A DNA stretch of 32,576 nt, taken from assembly GCA_937899865.1 (NCBI GenBank), contig CALBRH010000038.1, forward strand, positions 1 through 32,576. Reading direction: 5' to 3'. This stretch comes from an uncultured euryarchaeote (GTDB taxonomy: Archaea; Thermoplasmatota; Poseidoniia; Poseidoniales; Poseidoniaceae). The position numbers and the translations under genes were made by a program. Each line of letters opens with the position of its first letter. Position 1 is the stretch's first letter. Positions 25,623-32,576 of the stretch are shown one piece after another. A model generated the notes under the pieces. It searched no databases, had not been told where the DNA came from, and was given only the letters and a program-made list of their open reading frames with translations.

Positions 25623-26423
25623 ATGGAAGGACCAAGTGTAAGGATAAATGCTGAGGTATCGACAGAAAATGCGCTTGTTTTAGCATGCTTTCCAAGTGTA
25701 GGAATGGTCTCAAGTGTTGTTGCCCATTTTCTAATTGACCATCTTGAATTGGAATTCATAGGTGGCGTAATCGATCCGCGCTTACCTGCGCTTACATTGG
25801 TTGACAAAGGTGTGCCCTTGCCACCAATTAGAGCCTATGCTGGTAAGCCAAAGTGCACAATTGAAGGTTGTGACCAAGTTATTCTTTTGATGAGTGAACT
25901 TGTTGTTCCAGAAGCATTAGCACATGATATCGTTTGGGCTATGTTTGAATGGTCAAAGGAGCAAAAAATTGTCGCTGGCGTAGTAATTGATGCCTTTGCA
26001 AAACATGGGATGAAAGGCAATCTAAATGGTGCTGAACCGGTGGTTGATTATGAAGACACTGAAGGAATTGATGTGGTTGGAATTGGTGCTAATGAAAAAA
26101 GTCGAAAGCGACTTGAAGAAATGAAAGTCCCATTATTACAACAAGGCGTAATCAAAGGAATTAATGCCTCTATTTTAGGAGAAGCACGTCGAAGAGGATT
26201 GGATCTAATGTCTATTATGGTTGAGGCTGATCCTCGTTTCCCAGACGCCCGTGCAGCAGCAACATTAATTGAAAATCTCAATAACTTATTGCCTTCAATC
26301 GACCTGCCACATCAACCGCTAATTGAAGAAGCAGAATTCCTCGAATCACAACTACAAGCTATGATGGATGGCGCAAATATTTCCAAAGATAGCCAAACCA
26401 GTAATTCAATGCTGTACGGCTGA
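25623..26423 (+). CDS. PAC2-family proteasome assembly chaperone (second paralog)
   Basis: LACFPSVGMVSSVVAHFLIDHL, PPIRAY, IKGINASIL, VEADPRFPDARAAA. Confidence 0.85.
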   Translation: MEGPSVRINAEVSTENALVLACFPSVGMVSSVVAHFLIDHLELEFIGGVIDPRLPALTLVDKGVPLPPIRAYAGKPKCTIEGCDQVILLMSELVVPEALAHDIVWAMFEWSKEQKIVAGVVIDAFAKHGMKGNLNGAEPVVDYEDTEGIDVVGIGANEKSRKRLEEMKVPLLQQGVIKGINASILGEARRRGLDLMSIMVEADPRFPDARAAATLIENLNNLLPSIDLPHQPLIEEAEFLESQLQAMMDGANISKDSQTSNSMLYG

Positions 26424-26984
26424 TTGGTTTCTCAACCCAAGTACTGCTAAGATGGTAGTTGTTAATCCAATCAATAAGATAATCGCTGTAGCCCAGAACG
26501 GCATCAAAAATATGGTGTCATAAGGTAGGTTTAGTAAATCAACTAAAGATTCATTCCTAGTGAATTTGCCTCCTGCAGAAGCTGTTAGTAACATGAAACC
26601 ACTAGCGGCTAAGCCTGTGGAAGACTGGGTTACTGAAGAGGATTTACTCGCCCAAATTTTCTCACCGATACTATATCTTGCATAAATCGCTGCAACTGCA
26701 AGTCCAGTCGCAATCATCGACAGAAATATTTTGTTGACTAAAAGAGGAGATGAAACATCAGAGCCAGGCGATGATGAAATTCCTGACAAAATAGCAAACG
26801 GGGTCGCGATAAGTCCGAATCCAAGCGCAAAATGGCCAACGATGTCAGATACTTGTGAGATTTTTTCTGACGTTAAGAAATTGAAACTCTGTATTGCTTT
26901 GAGCAAAAAGCAGACTCCAGCCATGGCAAATGAGCCAACAACTAATTCTGTAGTAATAACATGAAATGTTGCTGATGAAATCAT
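26406..26984 (-). CDS. DUF2231-like integral membrane protein
   Basis: FHVITTELVVG, A..G...A..AI.SG, and LTASAGGKF match the DUF2231 layout; 5 hydrophobic helices; ATGA overlap with the upstream gene. Confidence 0.5.
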   Translation of the reverse strand: MISSATFHVITTELVVGSFAMAGVCFLLKAIQSFNFLTSEKISQVSDIVGHFALGFGLIATPFAILSGISSSPGSDVSSPLLVNKIFLSMIATGLAVAAIYARYSIGEKIWASKSSSVTQSSTGLAASGFMLLTASAGGKFTRNESLVDLLNLPYDTIFLMPFWATAIILLIGLTTTILAVLGLRNQSAVQH

Positions 26985-28054
26985 TGTGAACCCTCCAAGT
27001 ATTCATGCCCGTACCATTTCCATTGTTCCATCGTCCATCCGTCGGGCAATCCTCCCTCTGGTAGCGGTGGCGCTTCGCTAATAATTGCCTGTGGATCGTT
27101 TACAATTGCTGTTTGATCAGCTTGCTCAACACTTACTGGTACACCGGTACTGAATTTTTTGTGAAGAGTCAATACTAAACCAATGAAGAATAGGCTTAGG
27201 GCAAGTGCTTGTAAATAGACTTGGGTTTGATTTACCTCTAATGTTGGTTCCTGTGCGGCGATTCTAAACCATGGTGTTATTTGGTCTGGTCCATCGCCTT
27301 TCAGTGTTGCACGCCACTCAATTATTGAAGGTTGTAAGGCCGCTGGAAGTTCAAACTGCCACATTCCATCAGCGGTATTCGATGGGCTAACAAACACTGA
27401 TTCGCCATCGACAAGACGCCATTCAATGTCCATCTGTTCTACATCTAAAGTGGAAATCGTTATGGTTGTGTTATCCCCTAAATCACGGGTTATTTTTGGT
27501 GCATAATCACTGGACAATCTTGGTAGATTTTCTGGAACTACTTGTGGGGTCACTGATAGAGCAGAACTAATGCCAAAGAATGGGTTGTTATCTCCACCAT
27601 GATGAATTGAAAGATAGAAGTTTGTTGACTCAACACTACTTGGTTTGAGAGTCCATGACAGGTTATACTCACTGTTTAGAGAAGAGGCTTCTAATTCCAC
27701 ATAATTGTTATCGCCACCGTTCTGGTCTGAAATGACTGTCCAGCCTGCATCTTCTGGCAAATCACTATGCCCTGTTGTATCAGTAATTAGGAATAATCCA
27801 AGGGTATCTGATGAGGAAAACTGTACACCACTAATTGATGCAGTTATAGAAACCGGTAAGCCAACATAAGCTGTGTTATCTAATACCAACTCAAGCAATG
27901 CTGGTGATGACTGGTTTTGCGATGAATCGCCGTGACAAGCCCCTCCACACTGCATATCGAAATTGCCATCTCCAACTCCACCAGGATTTGCCCCACTTAA
28001 TGAGGAAAAAGAAAGCAGCGTGATTACAACTAATAGCATAGGAATTCGCTTCAT
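26981..28054 (-). CDS. Membrane-anchored surface protein with N-terminal CxxxCH motif, Reeler/choice-of-anchor-V-like domain, TM helix and GWTMEQW tail
   Basis: Signal peptide from ATG 28054; QCGGACHG; LSWT..P; TM helix VYLQALALSLFFIGLVLTL; tail PPLPEGGLPDGWTMEQWKWYGHEYL. Confidence 0.65.
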   Translation of the reverse strand: MKRIPMLLVVITLLSFSSLSGANPGGVGDGNFDMQCGGACHGDSSQNQSSPALLELVLDNTAYVGLPVSITASISGVQFSSSDTLGLFLITDTTGHSDLPEDAGWTVISDQNGGDNNYVELEASSLNSEYNLSWTLKPSSVESTNFYLSIHHGGDNNPFFGISSALSVTPQVVPENLPRLSSDYAPKITRDLGDNTTITISTLDVEQMDIEWRLVDGESVFVSPSNTADGMWQFELPAALQPSIIEWRATLKGDGPDQITPWFRIAAQEPTLEVNQTQVYLQALALSLFFIGLVLTLHKKFSTGVPVSVEQADQTAIVNDPQAIISEAPPLPEGGLPDGWTMEQWKWYGHEYLEGSQ

Positions 28055-28055
28055 T

Positions 28056-30602
28056 TTATTTCCTCCTTTCAAGTAAACTCAATGATATTACAGCAAAACT
28101 AGAGAGAATGAATATCAAACCCAAAACAAATCCTCCAGTTTCTGAAACTTGATTGTTCGACTCAATAGATAGTGATACCTCAAAATCAGTGACTGTCATA
28201 GAACCTTCCAGTAATGTTTGTCCCTCAATTACTGGGGTAATTGTGTATGAAGTTGCGCCTGCAATCAAGGGTTCATCTTCGAATGCTAAGCCAGTAGAAA
28301 TGCCTACTTGTTCACTGTTCCTAAGTACAATGAAATCGGCTGTATCGCCTGACCATTCCCATGACAACAATACTCCTGAATCTTGATTTATTGCTGTTAG
28401 TTCAGTAACTTGTGGCCCTTGAGTGGTTACGATAATATCGTTCACAGTATCGGTTAATCCAAGATCATCCTCGACGGTAAGTGTGACTGTTATTGTCCCA
28501 TAACCAATAATTTCGGCGACTTTACCAGATGATGCCCCCTCATTGCCTTCACTATCTTGCCACTGCCAAAGATAATTTTTCACTACCCCGTCCAAATCAA
28601 ATGAATCACTAGCATCAACCATTATTTTTTCTCCACGCCATAAATTCGTTGTTTGAGGATTAAAAATCGCCTCTGGTGGAAGATTGTCTACTTCTATTGT
28701 CCAAGATTGTTGTTGTTCTAGTCCATCATTATCGTGAAATGAAATAACCAATGTCCACAACTGTCCAGCACCAAAATATTCAGCTGGAACAAAAGAGGCG
28801 TTATCCAAACTACCTTCCCTAAAACCATTCCTTAACCATTGAATGCTACTAACGATTTGATCATCATCTAAATCATTGAATTCAGGCAAAATTTCTAAGC
28901 CTGTCAAATCTGTTTCAGCAAATGATATGTTAGTTGGTATTTCATTAATACTAATTGTTGGTAAACTATTTTGAACGGTAAATGTCGATTGTAAAGCCAT
29001 TTCACTAAATGATTCTCCATCATTTGCTTTGAGCGATACCGTCCATACATCGCCCTTAGAAGTATACTCTGCTGGCAATGGATTTAATCCGTCAAGTGAT
29101 GGTTGTTCAATACCATTCTTTGACCATATAATCAATGGATTATTCGATTCATCATCATCTGCATCGCTATACTCATAGGCTACAAAAACGGAATCATTTG
29201 TGTAAATTTCTGTTGGCGATATTGTAATTGTATTTGCAACAGGCGGAGTATTACCTATCAATACCTCTGCATCAGCCCATGCCGACCAATCTATTCCATC
29301 ACTAACGCGTATTTTGGCTTGCCAAACTTGACCTTTTTGTGTTGTTGAAGACAAAACTGTGGCTGTTGTCTGAGCCGTAAGTACATTATCAACTCGCCAT
29401 TCAATTTCGGTATCGGTAATTTGGTCGTTATCTAAATCTTGAGTTGTATAAATCAATTGTATATCATCGACTGTCGTTGGTTGATTTGGGTTAATTATTG
29501 CAGATGTTACCTCTGGAGGATTATTTGGCTGTACGACTCCTCCTATCGTGATTATTTGTGATGAGCGGGCTTCCATGTCATCGCCGTCATTCACAGAAAC
29601 TTCAACTCGCCATTCATCACCTTCACGAGTTGCAATAGATGGAATTGTTAAATCATCATTAAACTCAGAAACTAGAACTCCATCAAGGTACCATCTAATC
29701 ATTACAGTTAGCGGCTCTTGGTCGTCATCACTCGCAGTATAACTCACAGTTAAATCGTCGTCTTCATCTGCTGAGGAAGGTGAAATTGTTGGGATAGAAA
29801 GGCTAGGTGGGGAATTCTCAATGATTACGGTATTACTTGTTTCCAAACTGCCATAATCACTACCATCAGATGGCTTCACTGTTGCATACCACTCTTGACC
29901 TTTCTGGGTTTCACTTGATGGGACAGTTAAGCCAGTGATCGTTCCTTGAGGCAGGGCTTGAGAATCACGATACCAAATTATTTCACTACCTGATTCGGAA
30001 TCACCATCTTGATCATTGTATGAATAACTTAACGTAAGGTCGTCCGTGGTTTTAGCATCGGTTGGAGTTAACAAAACATTAGATGCAGATGGGGGGTTAT
30101 TTACTGGTACATTTTCTGGGATTGAGACTACATCAGTTACCCAGCGATCACCACTATTCTGGCCGTTACCATTTGTCGTCATCCCTGCTACCTCAAAGGT
30201 AACGGTACCTGTTCCTGCCCCAGGAGATGTCCATTCAAAACTCCAAGAACGATAACTACTGCCAGTAATACTGTGTGTAGCGCTATCGCCCTTGCTGTTC
30301 ACATTAACAAGCATCAACCCGAATCCTGTGCTTAATGTTCCATCACTTACTTCTAGTGAGAACCCTCCAGTTGAACCCGAAACTCCTCCACTAACAGATA
30401 CTGTAACTTGGTATAATTTATTGACATCATAAGATGTTGGCAAGCCTGATATCGTCACACTAGCAGGATTTTGTCCCGTTTGAGAATGACAACCACAACC
30501 CGATGCTTGATTGTAAACTCCGTTCTCATATCCTTGGATTGCTGGCACCAGTAACAGCATTGATACTATAGTGAGAGCAACAAGGAATCTGCGCTGACTC
30601 AT
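28056..30602 (-). CDS. Large surface protein: choice-of-anchor-V/Reeler-like domain (CxCH), about 5 Ig-like repeats, PKD-like and FN3-like domains, C-terminal TM anchor
   Basis: Signal peptide; GCGCH...V.ISGLP..Y....Y.VTV...GGFSL...ATH...WSFEWTSP...VTFEVAG...NGNG...GD. Repeats of ~90-95 aa begin N(N/S/T)PP and contain D.DGD and I.W.. motifs; C-terminal TM followed by ERRK. Confidence 0.78.
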   Translation of the reverse strand: MSQRRFLVALTIVSMLLLVPAIQGYENGVYNQASGCGCHSQTGQNPASVTISGLPTSYDVNKLYQVTVSVSGGVSGSTGGFSLEVSDGTLSTGFGLMLVNVNSKGDSATHSITGSSYRSWSFEWTSPGAGTGTVTFEVAGMTTNGNGQNSGDRWVTDVVSIPENVPVNNPPSASNVLLTPTDAKTTDDLTLSYSYNDQDGDSESGSEIIWYRDSQALPQGTITGLTVPSSETQKGQEWYATVKPSDGSDYGSLETSNTVIIENSPPSLSIPTISPSSADEDDDLTVSYTASDDDQEPLTVMIRWYLDGVLVSEFNDDLTIPSIATREGDEWRVEVSVNDGDDMEARSSQIITIGGVVQPNNPPEVTSAIINPNQPTTVDDIQLIYTTQDLDNDQITDTEIEWRVDNVLTAQTTATVLSSTTQKGQVWQAKIRVSDGIDWSAWADAEVLIGNTPPVANTITISPTEIYTNDSVFVAYEYSDADDDESNNPLIIWSKNGIEQPSLDGLNPLPAEYTSKGDVWTVSLKANDGESFSEMALQSTFTVQNSLPTISINEIPTNISFAETDLTGLEILPEFNDLDDDQIVSSIQWLRNGFREGSLDNASFVPAEYFGAGQLWTLVISFHDNDGLEQQQSWTIEVDNLPPEAIFNPQTTNLWRGEKIMVDASDSFDLDGVVKNYLWQWQDSEGNEGASSGKVAEIIGYGTITVTLTVEDDLGLTDTVNDIIVTTQGPQVTELTAINQDSGVLLSWEWSGDTADFIVLRNSEQVGISTGLAFEDEPLIAGATSYTITPVIEGQTLLEGSMTVTDFEVSLSIESNNQVSETGGFVLGLIFILSSFAVISLSLLERRK

Positions 30603-30630
30603 AATACAACCATCTCTTCACACTATTGAA

Positions 30631-30657
30631 CATTTACTGATAAATGCGTGTATAAAA
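30631..30657 (-). promoter_or_regulatory. TATA box (TTTTATA, 30657-30651) followed by candidate operator palindrome CATTTA-N4-TAAATG (30631-30646)
   Basis: Lies in the 60-nt gap between ligA and the 848-aa gene; 12/16 identical to the palindrome at 12611-12626. Confidence 0.5.
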
Positions 30658-30662
30658 GTCCA

Positions 30663-32576
30663 TTAGAAATCAAGAAGAGATTTTTGCGAAGGTTTAGTTT
30701 CTGTCAATTGGGGTGGATTTTCCGGTTCATCTGATTGTACTTCATTATTGAGTGCTTGATTGAGTGTATTCTCGTCCCAAATAGTAACCCCTAAACTTTC
30801 CGCCTTGGCTAATTTTGAGCCTGCATTTTCGCCTGCGATTAGTATATCCAGCTTGGCAGAGATAGAGCCGACGACTTTGCCGCCTGCTGCTTTAACCATC
30901 AATTGAATTGCCTTACGGGGCTGAGTCAAAGTCCCAGTTATACAGAAGGTCATACCATCAAACTTGCCGGTAGAAACTGTAACAGGCTCTTCATCTAACA
31001 CCAAATGATTGGATAAATCTACGATTAAATCTCGTCTTAATTCTAAGCCATCTCTAACTTGAATTGCTACTTTTTCACCAACCCCATCATGCTGACAAAG
31101 TTCACGAATTGCATTATTTGTTTTATGCGGTTTACCATTTCCGTCAAGTTCTGGTCCGTATTCCTCATCACCTAACTCTGCATGAGCAGAATGTAGCCAG
31201 CCAAACATGCCATCAAGGGTTTTGACATGGTTGGCAAATAATGACGCTAACTCAGGACCTATGCCTGGAAGGCCGAGTGCATGAATGAATTTACCCAGCG
31301 TCATTTGTTTAGTTCTAGCCAATTCAGACAAAACGTTTTGCGCAGATTTTTCACCCATTCTCTCAAGGCTGGTTAATTGCCCTTGAGTTAGCTCATAGAG
31401 TCCGGATATTGATGAAATCATTCCGGCATCAAGTAATTGATCGACCAGTTTCTCCCCAATACCATCCATCTCAAGAGCCCTGCACCAGTATAGTATTGAA
31501 CGGCTAGTTCGTGCCTCACAAAGCATATTGTAACACTTCAGAAACGCTCCTTCAACAACTAAGTCAAAATCGCAAGATGGACAAATTTGAGGAATTTTAA
31601 TCTCCTGTTGTTTAGGGAGTTCATGAGCAAATGGAGTGCCATCTGCATGATAACGACCTACTAGGTCTTCCTGTTTGGCTCGGCCAAGGCTTTGTTCTAT
31701 CTTAGGTATGACATCGCCACGTCGAACAATTAGAATCTTATCACCAATTTTCACTCCTAAACGTGAGACCTCCCCCGGGTTATGTAGAGTCGTATTCTCA
31801 ACTGTCACGCCTCCCACACTTTGTGGAGCGATTCTCGCAACTGGTGTCACATTACCTGTTCTTCCTGTTTGCCAATCGACACTAAGCAGTACAGATGTTG
31901 CTTCTTCTGGTGGAAATTTCCATGCTAATGCCCACCTTGGATGGTGAGCAGTCATTCCAAGATTCTCTCGTTGCTGTAAATTATCAAGTTTGAAGACCAA
32001 CCCGTCTATTTCAAATTCAAAGTCATCTCGTTTGATAGACCATTCTTTAGTATGTTCGATCATCTCTAATTGAGGCCTATCTGATTCGAAAACAGTCCAT
32101 GGTGCAGGCTCTATTCCTGCTTTTTGCAACCACGACAATAACTCACTATCGTTGGTTGCTGTTGGAGCCTCGTTCACAAATTTAACATCATAAGCACAGA
32201 ACACTAAATCAGTTGCATCAGCCTTTCCATCACCATGCTTTTGGCGTAAAGCGCCAGAACAAAGGTTACGAGGATTTGGTGAAACATCTCGATATTTTTG
32301 CTCAAAAACAGAAAGTGGCATCACTACTTCTCCACGCACATGACAATCGGCTGGGATGTTTAGTCGTAAAGGAACATTAGCGACTAACTTGGCGTTAAGC
32401 GTCACATCTTCACCTCTTTCTCCGCTACCTCTAGTTGCTGCTCTATGCAAATTACCGGCAACATATTCCAACGATAAAGCAGAGCCATCCAACTTAGGTT
32501 GAGCAAGAAATCGCTTGCCACCGAATGTTGATTGGGTTACAAAGTGAATTATGTCTTCATCTGTTGTACCTTTATC
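30663..32576 (-). CDS. ligA: NAD+-dependent DNA ligase (5' end beyond window)
   Basis: Active-site KxDG (QPKLDGSALSL), RGEV, EIDGLVFK, PRWALAWKF, TGRTG..TP, RRGDVIPKI, Cys4 zinc finger (CPSC...C...C), HhH repeats and BRCT (FCITGTL...GENAGSKLAKA). The frame stays open to the window end. Confidence 0.96.
   Translation of the reverse strand, partial: DKGTTDEDIIHFVTQSTFGGKRFLAQPKLDGSALSLEYVAGNLHRAATRGSGERGEDVTLNAKLVANVPLRLNIPADCHVRGEVVMPLSVFEQKYRDVSPNPRNLCSGALRQKHGDGKADATDLVFCAYDVKFVNEAPTATNDSELLSWLQKAGIEPAPWTVFESDRPQLEMIEHTKEWSIKRDDFEFEIDGLVFKLDNLQQRENLGMTAHHPRWALAWKFPPEEATSVLLSVDWQTGRTGNVTPVARIAPQSVGGVTVENTTLHNPGEVSRLGVKIGDKILIVRRGDVIPKIEQSLGRAKQEDLVGRYHADGTPFAHELPKQQEIKIPQICPSCDFDLVVEGAFLKCYNMLCEARTSRSILYWCRALEMDGIGEKLVDQLLDAGMISSISGLYELTQGQLTSLERMGEKSAQNVLSELARTKQMTLGKFIHALGLPGIGPELASLFANHVKTLDGMFGWLHSAHAELGDEEYGPELDGNGKPHKTNNAIRELCQHDGVGEKVAIQVRDGLELRRDLIVDLSNHLVLDEEPVTVSTGKFDGMTFCITGTLTQPRKAIQLMVKAAGGKVVGSISAKLDILIAGENAGSKLAKAESLGVTIWDENTLNQALNNEVQSDEPENPPQLTETKPSQKSLLDF

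Overview
Gene-dense, AT-rich archaeal chromosomal window. It is most likely from Ca. Poseidoniales (Marine Group II Euryarchaeota); this is inferred from archaeal housekeeping genes (rpoP, trm1, split guaA, PAC2, RFC), GPPS low-complexity repeats and a GWTMEQW C-terminal tail. It holds about 31 CDS, two of them truncated by the window edges and one (rpoP) missed by the ORF track, plus three tRNAs. I see no CRISPR array, integrase or IS. Most interesting: (1) a three-gene surface operon with non-canonical CxCH and CxxxCH motifs on choice-of-anchor-V/Reeler-like domains plus a DUF2231-like membrane protein; (2) a 16-bp palindrome, CAYTTA-N4-TAARTG, found upstream of both that operon and the DUF523/DUF1722 gene, suggesting a shared regulon; (3) a giant surface protein with an integrin-alpha-like layout (7 propeller-type repeats, inserted vWA/MIDAS domain, Ig-like stalk); (4) several apparent pseudo-enzymes (SdhA-like, class II aldolase/adducin-like, RFC-like, Tyr-less SDR); (5) bacterial-type genes (acyltransferase, NAD-dependent ligase). 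All family assignments come from motif recognition, not database searches.
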